From contig OY970178.1 of the NCBI GenBank assembly GCA_963707915.1, forward strand, positions 2,336,001 to 2,400,000: DNA of 64,000 nt, read 5' to 3'. The position numbers and the translations under genes were made by a program. Source of the DNA: Candidatus Eiseniibacteriota bacterium (GTDB lineage: Bacteria; Eisenbacteria; RBG-16-71-46). The first letter of the stretch is position 1, and every line of letters starts with the position of its first letter. Of this stretch, positions 10,501 through 20,184 are shown in pieces. Below the pieces are notes generated by a model. It searched no databases, had not been told where the DNA came from, and worked only from the letters and a program-made list of their open reading frames with translations.

Positions 10501-10858
10501 CGCGGGCTCGGGCGGCGACGCGTTCCCGTACTTCTTCCGCGAGCAGGGCATCGGGCCGCTCATCGGCAAGCGCACCTGGGGAGGACTGGTGGGCTACAGC
10601 CATGACCTCCCGCTCGTGGACGGCGGCGGCGTCACCATGCCGGACTTCGGCATGTGGGACCCGTACAAGGGTGAGTGGGCGGTCGAGAACCACGGCGTGG
10701 ACCCGGACATCGAGGTCGAGAACACGCCGAGCGAGGTGGTCGCCGGCCACGACCCGCAACTCGAGCGCGCCATCCAGTGGACGTTGGAGCAACTGCAGAA
10801 GAATCCGCCGAAGAAGTACCTGCGGCCGAAGTACAAGGTGCAGGAAGGGCTGAAGTAG
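7541..10858 (+). CDS. Tricorn protease homolog (peptidase S41, PD40 beta-propellers, PDZ), exported
   Basis: RBS GAGGAGG; signal peptide; PRFSPDGK and PAWSPDGK repeats; RDFYYDP, STSHTY, DERFNAGG, catalytic AGSGGD, GKRTWGG, ENHGVDPDIEV. Confidence 0.96.
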   Translation: MRFRLLPVVLGIALAALLRSTAPAAALEECRLLRQPDIQGDRIVFVYAGDLWTVARAGGVARRLTSYEGVESTPRFSPDGKTVAFTGQYDGNTDIYTIPAEGGEPTRLTWHPGLDQIVDWYPDGKSILFRSARVSAPQRFDRFFRIPAGGGFEELLPLPIAGFGAFSPDAATLVYVFPQYDRRTWLRYRGGSAPDLWTYDFKKNASERITDWEGPDEWPMWHGRTIYYASDRGGRTVNLWAYDLDRKTHRQVTKFDDVDVKWPAIGSDAIVFEKGGYLFVLDLGSEQTQKLQVLIPDDKPATRAEFRNVSQWITDVALSPSAKRVVFAARGDLFTVPAEKGDVRRLVGTPGSRERDPAWSPDGKWIAYLSDATGEYEIWVAGSDGKAPPRQVTKGGDTFRFALLWAPDSKKLAFSDKTRTLWWCDVESGRLTKVDKDENNEIHDYTWSSDSKWLAYSKADDAGFGRLALYSLESAKPVMVTDGMTDDFGPAFDPDGKYLYFVSRRTLNPQFGGFEEDFSYSATTKIYAMTLQDSLLTPVPPQSDEESAADAKKDEDGKGKDAAATKDGKAGKDAKAADAKADEPKAIKIDLAGIGSRVAVLPVPAGRYGALAAFKGKLLFATFEPDNGDDGPPAGTVKSFDFEKRETKTILSGVTGGAYSKDGSKLLYRSPDGFGIVDAAEGKKVGDGKVATDGIMTTVDPRQEWLQIFNEVWRLERDFYYDPAMGGLDWKAVGERYRQLLPYVAHRADLDYVLGDLQGELSTSHTYVRPSGDIPQAPHVDIGLLGADYSLDPKSGLYRFERIFRARDWNSSTEAPLGMPGIRVKEGDVLLAVNGQPVKAPMNLYAAFQGTTGKQTVITVGTTADDPKPRSYTVKPVAAEGSLRYAAWVAANREKVAKATDGKVAYIHVPDTTVPGIQEFTKQYYPQVDKHGIIVDERFNAGGQVPFFYTEKLARKTLVYWSNRDGNDQRTPATGIDGPKCILINQFAGSGGDAFPYFFREQGIGPLIGKRTWGGLVGYSHDLPLVDGGGVTMPDFGMWDPYKGEWAVENHGVDPDIEVENTPSEVVAGHDPQLERAIQWTLEQLQKNPPKKYLRPKYKVQEGLK

Positions 10859-10893
10859 CCCGGGCGACGACGGGCGGGCGCCCGCGTGATGAA

Positions 10894-10919
10894 GGACCCC
10901 GGTCGATCGGCCGGGGTCC
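10894..10919. terminator. Hairpin between the convergent tricorn and cysE genes
   Basis: GGACCCCGGTC-gatc-GGCCGGGGTCC inverted repeat. Confidence 0.5.
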
Positions 10920-10964
10920 CTCGCTTGCGCCCGGGCGGCGGTGAACGCCGCGCCGGCCCTCGCT

Positions 10965-11735
10965 TCAGATGCCGGCGCCGGGGTCCGGCTTGCCGCCGCC
11001 TTCGCCGCCGTCGTCCGCGCTCTCGCTCATCGAGCGGAAGGCCTGCTCGACCTGCTCGGCCGTCAATCCGCGCGGCACCGCGACGAAGACCGGCTGCTGG
11101 CGCATGTCCGAGATCTCCCGCGCCAGTTCCTGCACCTGCTCGTGCAGCGCGGTGATGGCGCGGGCCGTGGGGTCGGGGATGCGGTTGTGCTCGAGCTCGT
11201 GGCCCGGCCGGTTCCCCTCGTCCGCCTGCTCCTCGAGCACGCGGCCCGGGATGCCGACGATGGTCGAGCGCGGCGGGGCCGACTTGACGACCACCGAGCC
11301 GGACCCGACGCGCGAGTGGTGCCCGATGACGATGTTGCCGAGCACCTTCGCGCCCGAGCCGATCACCACGTGCTCCTCGAGCGTCGGGTGCCGCTTGCCC
11401 TTGCTCAGGCTCGTGCCGCCGAGCGTGACACCCTGGTAGATCAGGCAGTCGTCCCGGACCTCGGCGGTCTCGCCGATCACCACGCCCATGCCGTGGTCGA
11501 TGAACACGCGCCGGCCGATGGTGGCGCCGGGATGGATCTCGACGCCGGTGAAGAAGCGCCCGAGGTGCGAAAGCAGCCGGGGCAGCAGCGGGACCCGCCA
11601 GCGCCACAGCGGGTGCGCGACCCGGTGCCACCAGAGGGCGTGCAGCCCCGGATAGCACAGCAGGATCTCGAGCACGCCGCGGGCCGCGGGGTCCTTCCCG
11701 CGGACCGTCTGGATGTCCTCGACCACTCGCAGCAT
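10965..11735 (-). CDS. cysE: Serine O-acetyltransferase
   Basis: [54 protein letters not shown]; follows cysK. Confidence 0.96.
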   Translation of the reverse strand: MLRVVEDIQTVRGKDPAARGVLEILLCYPGLHALWWHRVAHPLWRWRVPLLPRLLSHLGRFFTGVEIHPGATIGRRVFIDHGMGVVIGETAEVRDDCLIYQGVTLGGTSLSKGKRHPTLEEHVVIGSGAKVLGNIVIGHHSRVGSGSVVVKSAPPRSTIVGIPGRVLEEQADEGNRPGHELEHNRIPDPTARAITALHEQVQELAREISDMRQQPVFVAVPRGLTAEQVEQAFRSMSESADDGGEGGGKPDPGAGI

Positions 11736-11763
11736 GGGGCCCCCCGGCGCGACCGCCCGCCGG

Positions 11764-12720
11764 TTATCGGCCGGTGTCGGCCGGGTCCTCCGGGAAATCG
11801 AACAGCGGCGTCGAGAGGTAGCGCTCCCCGTGGCTCGGCAGCACGGCGACGATCAGCTTCCCGGCCATCTCCGGCCGCCTCGCCACCTGCATGGCCGCCC
11901 AGACGGTCGCGCCCGACGAGATCCCGGCCATGATCCCCTCCGTGCGGCAGAGCTGCCGGGCGGTCGCGAACGCATCGTCGTTGGTGACCTGGACGATCTC
12001 GTCGATCAGGTCGGTGCGCAGCACCTTCGGCACGAAGCCGGCGCCGATCCCCTGGATCTTGTGCGGGCCCGGCGCGCCGCCCGAGAGCACCGGCGAGTCC
12101 CGGGGCTCGACCGCCACGGCGCGGAACGAGGGCTTCTTCGCCTTGATCATCTCGGCGACCCCGGTGATGGTGCCGCCGGTCCCCACGCCCGCCACCAGCA
12201 CGTCCACGCGACCGTCGGTGTCCTCCCAGATCTCGACCGCGGTGGTCTCGCGGTGGATCCTCGGGTTCGCGGGATTGTCGAACTGGCCGATGACCATGGA
12301 GTCGGGGATCTCCTTCTGCAGCTCCTCGGCGCGGGCGATCGCCCCCTTCATCCCCTTCGCGCCCTCGGTCAGCACCAGCCGCGCACCCAGCGCCTGGAGG
12401 ATCTTGCGGCGCTCCACGGACATGGTCTCGGGCATGGTGAGGACCAGCCGGACGCCCCGGGCCGCGCAGATGAAGGCCAGCGCGATGCCGGTGTTGCCCG
12501 AGGTGGGCTCGATCACCGTGGTCACGCCGGGCGTGATCGCCCCGCGCGCGAGCGCGTCCGCGATCATCGAGTAGCCGATGCGGTCCTTCACCGACGACAT
12601 CGGGTTGAAGGACTCGAGCTTGAGGACCACCTCGGCCAGGAGCCCCTGCTGGAGCCGCTGCATCCGGACCAGCGGCGTCCGCCCGATCGTGTCGACGATG
12701 CTGTCGTAGATGCGTGCCAT
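11764..12720 (-). CDS. cysK: Cysteine synthase A
   Basis: [22 protein letters not shown] (PLP lysine), [33 protein letters not shown]; start MARIYDS at 12720. Confidence 0.97.
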   Translation of the reverse strand: MARIYDSIVDTIGRTPLVRMQRLQQGLLAEVVLKLESFNPMSSVKDRIGYSMIADALARGAITPGVTTVIEPTSGNTGIALAFICAARGVRLVLTMPETMSVERRKILQALGARLVLTEGAKGMKGAIARAEELQKEIPDSMVIGQFDNPANPRIHRETTAVEIWEDTDGRVDVLVAGVGTGGTITGVAEMIKAKKPSFRAVAVEPRDSPVLSGGAPGPHKIQGIGAGFVPKVLRTDLIDEIVQVTNDDAFATARQLCRTEGIMAGISSGATVWAAMQVARRPEMAGKLIVAVLPSHGERYLSTPLFDFPEDPADTGR

Positions 12721-12806
12721 GTGCGCGTCCTCTTCGGCCAGTCGGAACGGCTGCGCCCGGTCGCATCGCCGGGGCGTCTCGTCGAGTCCCAGTATAGGCG
12801 AACTTC

Positions 12807-14717
12807 CTACTCGGCCGCCTCCACCGCGATGCGCGGCGTGAGCGGCTGGAGGATCTCCGACAGGAGGTCCGGCTTCGCCGCGTCCCGCACCAGCACCGGG
12901 TGCAGCTCGCCGCCGTGCCAGTCGAGGCGGAACACGCGGAAGAAGTCCCCGTCCTCCGCCAGCAGCTCGAGCGGCGCGGACCCGTTCTTCCCGTCTCGCA
13001 GCGCCTCGCGCAACCGCGCCACGCTGAACCGGCGCCCCCCGACGGCGACCGGCTTCAGCCCCGGGGCGAGCCCGGCCTGCGCGGCCGCGCTGCCCGGCAC
13101 GACGTCGGTCACGACGCCGTCCCCGTCGAGCTCGAGGCCCAGCGAGAGGCGCAGGTCGGTCCGCTCCCAGGCCTTCTCGCCCGCCCGCTCGTAGTCGCTC
13201 AGGCTGTCGCTCCAGGCCAGCCGCCAGCCACTCCCTTCGATGCCGCCCAGCGGCGCGCGTTGCGAGGTGGAAGCGAGCCGGGCCGCGAAGAGCCCCCGCC
13301 AGTCGTGGGGGGCGACCTGTTCCAGCGCCCTCACGACGTCGTCGAGGCCGTAGGGCACCACCTCGGGCGGGCCGCTCCGGCCGCCGAAGAACCGCCGGCA
13401 GAAGTCGTCCAGGGAGCGCCGGCCGGCCGTGCGCTGGCGGATCAGGACGTCCACCTCGAGCCAGATCAGGGCCCCCTCTTCGTAGTAGTCCGCCCCGCGC
13501 CGCCACGAGGACCAGGTGCCCGGCCCCCCGGGGCCGAGGGGCGCGGCGATCGCCGTGTCCTCGAGCGGCCGCCAGGAACGCCCCGGGGTGCGGTCGAGCC
13601 ACGCCGCCTCGCAGGCCAGCTCCTGCCGCTGCCACTCGGGGCCCGCCAGCGCGCTGCGCGCCGCCAGCACCCAGCCGAGGTAGGTCGTCAGGCCCTCGTA
13701 GACCCAGAGCAGCCCCGTCCTCTCCGGCGCCTGGAAGTCGGGCGCGATCAGCCCCTCGGGCCTGCGGTACTTGCCGTTCCAGGAGTGCGCATACTCGTGC
13801 GGCAGCAGTCCCGACTGGGCGGCGCGCAGCTCGTCGTCCACCAGTGCGCGCTCCTGCATCCGGTCGTCGCTCGACTCGTGGTGCTCGAGCCCGTAGTGAT
13901 CCACCTCGTCGCTCAGCGTGCAGAGGAAGTCGTAGCGCCGGTAGTGGGTCGCCCCGAACAGGGCGGTGGCCTCGGCCACCAGCTGCTTCCACTGCGCGAC
14001 CTGCTCCGGGGCCACTTCGAGCCCGTCCTCGCTGTCGCAGGCGAGCTCGACGGCCACCGGTGGCCCGGCCGCCGGGCCGAGCTCGATGCGGCGCCGGTGC
14101 GCGCCCGCCTGCACCGGCGAGTCCACCAGCGTCGTGAGGGGGACCGGCGCGAACTCGACCCCGTCGCTGTCCGCCCGCGCGGTCGTCAGCGCGGTCGCGT
14201 ACGTCCAGCCCGCGGGCAGGCGCAATCGCACCGCGAAGTCGATCCCGGCCGCCGGCCGCCCTTGCGGGGTGAGCAGCAACTCGTTCCAGTCGAGCACCGC
14301 CAGCTGCGACGTGAGGGACCTGCCCGTCGTGTGGCTCCCCGATGCCGACTGCAGGCGGTCGAACTCGACGTCCAGGCGGATCGCCCCCGCCGGCACCCGG
14401 CAGTGGAACGCGAACATGTCCACCGCGTCGCGTTCCCAGGCGAGCGGGCGACCGTTCGCGCTCAGGCGCAGCCCGGCCAGGTCCGCGATCGGCCCGGAAG
14501 GGGAGTGGTTCCCCGGGATCCACCGGGGGTAGACCAGCGTGAGCGGTCCGGGGCGGACCGGGATCTCGAGCCGCGCGTGCAGGATCCTGCGCGGCGCCCC
14601 GGTCGCGTCCACCGTCAGGCGGATCGGCGGGCCCGCGGGCGCGGCGAGCAGCGGCGCCGCGGCGAGCGCCGCGACCAGCAGGGCGAGCAGGACGGGCGGG
14701 CGATGGCGCTGCGGCAC
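12807..14717 (-). CDS. M61-family (glycyl aminopeptidase-like) metallopeptidase with PDZ domain, exported
   Basis: Signal peptide; [44 protein letters not shown]-terminal PDZ ([12 protein letters not shown]). Confidence 0.93.
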   Translation of the reverse strand: MPQRHRPPVLLALLVAALAAAPLLAAPAGPPIRLTVDATGAPRRILHARLEIPVRPGPLTLVYPRWIPGNHSPSGPIADLAGLRLSANGRPLAWERDAVDMFAFHCRVPAGAIRLDVEFDRLQSASGSHTTGRSLTSQLAVLDWNELLLTPQGRPAAGIDFAVRLRLPAGWTYATALTTARADSDGVEFAPVPLTTLVDSPVQAGAHRRRIELGPAAGPPVAVELACDSEDGLEVAPEQVAQWKQLVAEATALFGATHYRRYDFLCTLSDEVDHYGLEHHESSDDRMQERALVDDELRAAQSGLLPHEYAHSWNGKYRRPEGLIAPDFQAPERTGLLWVYEGLTTYLGWVLAARSALAGPEWQRQELACEAAWLDRTPGRSWRPLEDTAIAAPLGPGGPGTWSSWRRGADYYEEGALIWLEVDVLIRQRTAGRRSLDDFCRRFFGGRSGPPEVVPYGLDDVVRALEQVAPHDWRGLFAARLASTSQRAPLGGIEGSGWRLAWSDSLSDYERAGEKAWERTDLRLSLGLELDGDGVVTDVVPGSAAAQAGLAPGLKPVAVGGRRFSVARLREALRDGKNGSAPLELLAEDGDFFRVFRLDWHGGELHPVLVRDAAKPDLLSEILQPLTPRIAVEAAE

Positions 14718-14881
14718 GGCGCTCTCCTTTCACGGGCGCGGGGACGGACCCGGACGCCACGACCCCGGATGCTAGGGCCGCGGGCGCCCCGCTTCAACGG
14801 CGGAGTCGGACGCGCTCCACCGGCCCGGGGTCCGCGGCGGGCGGCGGCGCGTCGTCCGCTTCTGCTACCCTCGTTCCCGCC

Positions 14882-16522
14882 ATGCGCCTCGCCCCCTTCG
14901 TGCTCGCGACGCTGTGCGTCCTCGTGCTCTTCCTCGGCCTCGACCGGGTCGGGGTCCTCGACGAGCGCGAGGCCCGGGACGCGCAGGTCGCCCGCGAGCT
15001 GGTCGCGCGTCACGAGGCGCTGACCCCGCTCTACGGCGCGCAGCCGCTCTACGAGAAGCCCCTGCCCGCGTACGCGCTCGACGCGCTCGCGTACGGACGC
15101 GACCCCGCCTCGCCGCTGCGTTCACGCCAGGCCCGCGCGGGCCTCGCGCTGCTGCTCGTCCTCATCACCGGCGTGGCCGGCGCCCGTCACTTCGGCCCGC
15201 GCGCCGGGGTCTTCGCGGCGGGCGTGCTCGCCACGTCGGTGGCGCTGCCGCTGGCCGCGCGGGGCGACGGCACGCAGGTGCTCGGCTCGCTGCTGGCCTG
15301 GACCGGGTGCACCGGCCTCGCCGACGTCGTCTTCGGCCGGGCGCGCGGCCGCGACCTGCGCCTGGTGGTCACGTACGGGGCCCTGGCGGCGGCGCTGGTG
15401 TGCGCGGGCCCGCTCACGGCGCTGTGGCCGCTCGCCGGCTTCGCGCTCTACCTGGCGCTGGCGCGCGACCGCGAGGACTGGCGCCACGCCCGGCCGTTCG
15501 CCGGCCTCGCGCTCATGCTGGCCGTCGCCCTGCCGTGGTACGGGACGATGGCCGCGCGCCACGGCGCGGACTTCCTGGCGCGCGCGCCGTTCTTCCCCTA
15601 CACGGTCGGGCCGCCGATGCCGTGGTTCGCGGGCGCGGTGTTCGCGATCCCGTTCCTCGTGACCGGCTGCTTCCCGTGGAGCGCCCTGCTCCCCGACGCG
15701 ATGGTGCACGCCGCGACCTGGTGGCGCGGGCGCCTCCCGCTGCTGCGCATCGGGTCGACCGGGCCGCAACTGCCGCCGGCGGCGGCGATCGAGCGGGAGC
15801 GGCGCGAGGAGGGCGCGGCGCACTTCTTCATCGCCTGCCTGCTCGCGGCCCTGGTGCCGATCCTCCTCTACCCGGCGCGTCCGCTGACGGCGGCGCTGCC
15901 GGCGGTGCCGGCCGCCGCGCTGCTGTGCGGACGCCTGCTCGACCACCTGTTCGAGAACCCGGAGCGGGTGGCATCGGCGCTCACGCGCGCGGCGCTGACG
16001 CTGGCGGCGGCGGGGAGCGTGGCGGCGTTCACCTTCGTCGCGCTGGCGGCGCGCGTGAGCGACGCCGCCCCGGCGCTCCGCCTGCTGGGGGCGGCCCTGC
16101 TGCTCACCGCCTGGGCGCCGTTCCTCGCGGACCTCATGCGCCGGCGCCGCCTGGCGGCCCTGCTGATGGGGCTGCCGGTCGCGGTGGGGATGCCCATCGT
16201 GTCGCTGCAGGTCCTCCCGGCGATGGAGGACTGGCTCAACACGCGGACCGCGGCGCAGGCGCTGGAGGCCGCTGCGCCGCCGCACGCGCCGCTCGCGCTG
16301 GTGGGGGAACCGCCGCCCTCGCTGCGCTTCTACGCCCGGGGCGCGCTGGTGGTCGTGCCCCCGGCGCCCGCGGCGCTGCGCGAACACCGCGCGACGGACG
16401 GGATGACCTACCTCGCCTTCCCTCCCGCGCTGGAGCGCGAGGTCGCGCGCGGCGCGCAGACGCCGCTCGAGATCCTGCGGCGCACGCCGACGCTGGTGCT
16501 GGCGCGCGTGCGGGTGGAGTAG
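14882..16522 (+). CDS. ArnT/PMT-like (GT39/GT83) polyprenyl-phosphate-sugar-dependent glycosyltransferase
   Basis: LDEREARDAQVARELV and LYEKP resemble the ArnT N-terminal loop; many TM helices; ALPWY and FPWS motifs. Confidence 0.72.
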   Translation: MRLAPFVLATLCVLVLFLGLDRVGVLDEREARDAQVARELVARHEALTPLYGAQPLYEKPLPAYALDALAYGRDPASPLRSRQARAGLALLLVLITGVAGARHFGPRAGVFAAGVLATSVALPLAARGDGTQVLGSLLAWTGCTGLADVVFGRARGRDLRLVVTYGALAAALVCAGPLTALWPLAGFALYLALARDREDWRHARPFAGLALMLAVALPWYGTMAARHGADFLARAPFFPYTVGPPMPWFAGAVFAIPFLVTGCFPWSALLPDAMVHAATWWRGRLPLLRIGSTGPQLPPAAAIERERREEGAAHFFIACLLAALVPILLYPARPLTAALPAVPAAALLCGRLLDHLFENPERVASALTRAALTLAAAGSVAAFTFVALAARVSDAAPALRLLGAALLLTAWAPFLADLMRRRRLAALLMGLPVAVGMPIVSLQVLPAMEDWLNTRTAAQALEAAAPPHAPLALVGEPPPSLRFYARGALVVVPPAPAALREHRATDGMTYLAFPPALEREVARGAQTPLEILRRTPTLVLARVRVE

Positions 16523-16536
16523 GCGGGGCCGCCGTC

Positions 16537-19500
16537 TCAGCCGCGGCTGCGGGCACCCGCCGCGACCGCGGCGCGCGCCGGCCGGTCCGCCGGCGCCGAC
16601 TTCCGCACCTCCACCCGGGCGGTGGCCTTCTGCCGCTCGAGCTGGAGCACCTCGAAGTCCGGATCGACCACCACGCGCTCCGGCTCGAAGCCGCAGCGCA
16701 GCACGATCTCGCGGGTCTCCTTCGGCCCCAGCACGACGGTGGTGCGCGCGTCGCGCCACGGCTCCGCCTTCTGCTTCCGGTCGGCGAAGCGCACCCCGCG
16801 GACCGCCGCGACCTGCACCGGCATGCGGCCGGTGCCGGCGTTGCGCACCCGGGCGCGGACCTCCCAGCCGTCGCCCCGTCGCACGGCGCGCGCGTCGCTC
16901 ACCCGGTACTCGGGCACCACCACGTCCCAGTACCATTGCCTCACGAAGGCGTCGTAGGCGGCCGAGTCGGGCGCGTAGCGGCGCATGTGGGCGAGGTAGT
17001 CCTGGAGCACGGGGTGGTCGGGGCCGTCGCGCCAGGCGGCGATGAAGTCGCGCAGCCCCCGCAGCATCGGATCCCGGCCCACGAGCCGCATCATCATCCA
17101 CGCGGTCCACCCGCCCTTGTCGTAGACGATGCGGTCGTCGCCCGCGCGCGATCCGTCGATGCGGGTGAGCGGGCGTTCGGAGTCGGCCTGGCGCGTGTTC
17201 GCGTACTGGTCCTCGATCTGGCGCAGGAAGGCCAGTTGCTGCTCGCGGCCCTTCACCTGCCCGACGAGCAGGGCGGTCGAGAAGTGCGACAGGCCCTCGG
17301 AGAGCACCACCGCGCCGGGGCGGTCGGCGGGGACCAGGATGTTGCCCCACCACTGGTGCGCCGCCTCGTGCGCCGTGACCCAGAACGCGGCGTCGGCCCT
17401 GGGCTCGCTCTTGGTGAGGAAGCCGATGCCCTCCGAGAACGTGATGTTGGTCGGCGAGCCCTGCGCGTAGTCGCGCAGGCGGGGGAACTCGCTGAGCCGC
17501 AGATCGCGCCAGGGATAGGGCCCGAACCACTCCGAGTACCAGCGCCGCGAGCCGGAGAGCGCCTGGACCATGCCGTCGAGGTTGTAGGTGTGCGCCGGGT
17601 GATGGTAGATCGTCACGCCCGCGCCCCGCCGCTCCGCCCAGCGCCCGGCGATCACGTTGAACAGGTGCACCGGGCGGTCGGAGACGTAGGTGAACGTGCG
17701 GAGCCCGTTCGCCGCGCTCTCGCGCTCGAGCACGCCGGTGGCGTTCGCCCGGAACCCCTCGGGCACGGTCACGCGGATGCGCGTGTCGAACCAGCCCTCC
17801 GCCAGCGGCATCATCGCCGGCAGCGTGTCGCGCCAGACGTCGTCGGGATACCGGCGCGGCTCGGGCCGGTCCTTCGCCTCGGGGCCGATCTCCGGGCTGA
17901 ACCCGAGCTGGGGCACCAGCGTGGGCCCATCGAACCCCGTGAACACGGCGCTCGAGGGCACGATGAACTCCATGGTCCCCGCGCCGTTGCGGCTGATGCC
18001 CGCCGGGAAGGTCGCCCGGTACCGGAAGCCCAGGCGCACGCGTTCGCCCGCCTGGAGCGGTCGCGGCAGCGTGAAGACGTAGAGGCGCGAGCGGTCCTCC
18101 GGCTTGCACGGGGCGCCGTCCAGGGTCCACGCGAGCGAGTCCCACGCGAACCCGCCGGTCAGCGGGAACTCCCGGAGCGGTGCCCGGCCCCGGTTCACCA
18201 GGTCGTAGTGGCCGGCCACGCGGAACGTGCGGTGCGGCGGGTCGAGCGCGACGTCGAGGTCCACCGCGGCCATCACCGGCAGCGGCGCGCCGGTCCAGGT
18301 CGCGGCGTTCTGTCGCCAGTAGTCCTTCGCCAGCTTCTTCATCCGGCCGCCCTCCCACCCCTGCTCCACCTGCAGCCACAGCACGGCCCAGGCCGCCAGC
18401 GGCACGAGCAGCAGCGGGACGAGCCCCAGTGCTGCGCGCGCCAGCGCCGCAGGACGCAGCCGGTGCGCGGCGCGCGCGGCGTCGGCCTCGAGCCGCGGGA
18501 AGAGCCGCACGGTGAGCACGATGAAGAACGCCGCGAGCCCCAGCACCATCACCCGGTTGAGGACCAGCGGCAGCCGGTCCAGCTCGAACACGCTCATGTC
18601 GCTCCAGCGCGTCGCGCTCCACAGGTCCCAGTTGAACGCCCAGTTCATCCGGCCGCGGGCCTGGAAGAAGCCGGTCACGGCCATCGCGCCGAGCCCCAGC
18701 GCGTACGTCGCGTAGCGGCTGCGGGTGAGCGCGAACAGCGCCATCGCGAACGCCGTCCAGGCCAGGAAGGTCGGCGTCAGCAGCAGGCCCCAGCACAGCA
18801 GGAACGGCCCGATGCGGAACGGCACCCGCCCCTGGACCGCGAGCAGGATGGCGTCGCCCGCGAGGGCGGTCAGCAGGATGGCCAGCGCCACCACGGTGTT
18901 GGCCAGCGCCTTGCCCAGCAGCAGCGAGCCGGTGCGCAACGGGGTGGCGTGGAAGATCGCGCCGAAGCCGGTGCCGCGCTCGCGCTGCAGCGACTCCACC
19001 GTGTAGAAGAGCAGCAGCAGGCAGACCAGCAGCGTGAGCGTGTTCATCGCCTCCGCGGCGAGCCCGCCCGGGGTCTGGAGCAGCGTCGTGTCGAAGGCGC
19101 CGACGTTGACGATGCTGCTGAGGGTCTGGGCCAGGATCATGGGCACGAACAGGTAGAGGCCGGGGTGCGTGCGCAGCTCGTGCAGCTCCACGCGCGCGAC
19201 CTCCCACGCGCCGGCGAGGAAGCCGGTGGCGCCCGAGCGCATCCCCAGCGACGCGAGCGGGGCCGCTTCGGGCCGCGGCGCCCCGGCGTCGGGCCGGCCC
19301 GCCGTGGCGCGGGCGCGGCGCACCGCACGCGTCCCGCGCAGCGTGGCGGCGAACCGCCACTGCGTGAGCAGGACCGCCCCGAGGCCGAGCCCCACCACCA
19401 CCGCGCGATTGGCCCAGAACCAGGCGTCGGTGCCGACCCGGGCGCCGTTGTAGAAGTCCACGCCGCGGTCCACGTTGAGCCACGTCTCGTTGAGCCAGCG

Positions 19501-20184
19501 GATCCCGGTCGGGTCCAGCACCATGAGGAGGCCGTTGACGGCGGGAGGGAGCCACGACGGCGACCAGTTCCACAGCAGGGCGACGCCGAGGACGATGCTC
19601 GCCACCGGGAACGCGAACACCAGGATCGGCATGCGCGTGAGCGTGCCCAGTGCGAAGCTGGTGCCGGCCATGCACAGCAGCGACGGCAGCGCGAAGAGCA
19701 ACAGGGGGCGCAGGTAGTTCCCCGCGGCGAGCGGCCCGATGACCTCGGCGTTCTCGCCGTGGGGCAGGCCGTGGTTGAACAGCACGATCAGCCCCACGTT
19801 CGCCAGCAGCACGAGCAGGAAGCCGGCCAGCGTGGCGGCGTACTTGCCCCACACGTACTCGGCCGGCGTGAGCGGCGTGGCGTGGAGCAACTCGCCGACC
19901 TTCAACTCCTCGTCACGGATCACGCTCATGCCGGCGGCCACGGCGACGAAGAACGCGTAGAGCAGGCCCACCAGCATCGCGACGAGCTGGGAGATCGCGA
20001 ACTCGGAGGTGATCCACGCCTTGGTGCCGCCCACCGCGCTGTTCCCGGAGCCGATCGAGGCGTTGCCGGTGGACATCACGTAGGCGAAGAGCCCGACGAT
20101 CACGAGCAGCACCCAGAACAGCGGCCGGCGCAGGTCGTGGGCCAGCTCCTGGCGGAAGACCTCGCCGAGGCGCCGCGGGCTCAT
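16537..20184 (-). CDS. ABC-2-type permease fused to an M1-family (gluzincin) aminopeptidase domain
   Basis: Two permease-like TM blocks (ATPLTPAEYVWGK, ATPLRTGSLLLGK), then AHEAAHQWWG...SEGLS and VYDKGGW; ATG at 20184 overlaps the ATPase stop. Confidence 0.9.
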   Translation of the reverse strand: MSPRRLGEVFRQELAHDLRRPLFWVLLVIVGLFAYVMSTGNASIGSGNSAVGGTKAWITSEFAISQLVAMLVGLLYAFFVAVAAGMSVIRDEELKVGELLHATPLTPAEYVWGKYAATLAGFLLVLLANVGLIVLFNHGLPHGENAEVIGPLAAGNYLRPLLLFALPSLLCMAGTSFALGTLTRMPILVFAFPVASIVLGVALLWNWSPSWLPPAVNGLLMVLDPTGIRWLNETWLNVDRGVDFYNGARVGTDAWFWANRAVVVGLGLGAVLLTQWRFAATLRGTRAVRRARATAGRPDAGAPRPEAAPLASLGMRSGATGFLAGAWEVARVELHELRTHPGLYLFVPMILAQTLSSIVNVGAFDTTLLQTPGGLAAEAMNTLTLLVCLLLLFYTVESLQRERGTGFGAIFHATPLRTGSLLLGKALANTVVALAILLTALAGDAILLAVQGRVPFRIGPFLLCWGLLLTPTFLAWTAFAMALFALTRSRYATYALGLGAMAVTGFFQARGRMNWAFNWDLWSATRWSDMSVFELDRLPLVLNRVMVLGLAAFFIVLTVRLFPRLEADAARAAHRLRPAALARAALGLVPLLLVPLAAWAVLWLQVEQGWEGGRMKKLAKDYWRQNAATWTGAPLPVMAAVDLDVALDPPHRTFRVAGHYDLVNRGRAPLREFPLTGGFAWDSLAWTLDGAPCKPEDRSRLYVFTLPRPLQAGERVRLGFRYRATFPAGISRNGAGTMEFIVPSSAVFTGFDGPTLVPQLGFSPEIGPEAKDRPEPRRYPDDVWRDTLPAMMPLAEGWFDTRIRVTVPEGFRANATGVLERESAANGLRTFTYVSDRPVHLFNVIAGRWAERRGAGVTIYHHPAHTYNLDGMVQALSGSRRWYSEWFGPYPWRDLRLSEFPRLRDYAQGSPTNITFSEGIGFLTKSEPRADAAFWVTAHEAAHQWWGNILVPADRPGAVVLSEGLSHFSTALLVGQVKGREQQLAFLRQIEDQYANTRQADSERPLTRIDGSRAGDDRIVYDKGGWTAWMMMRLVGRDPMLRGLRDFIAAWRDGPDHPVLQDYLAHMRRYAPDSAAYDAFVRQWYWDVVVPEYRVSDARAVRRGDGWEVRARVRNAGTGRMPVQVAAVRGVRFADRKQKAEPWRDARTTVVLGPKETREIVLRCGFEPERVVVDPDFEVLQLERQKATARVEVRKSAPADRPARAAVAAGARSRG

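Noticed and set aside
11764..11791. GCCGATAA on the minus strand upstream of cysE
   Set aside because: It is the last codons and stop of cysK, with no TCAAG-like -35 at the matching spacing.
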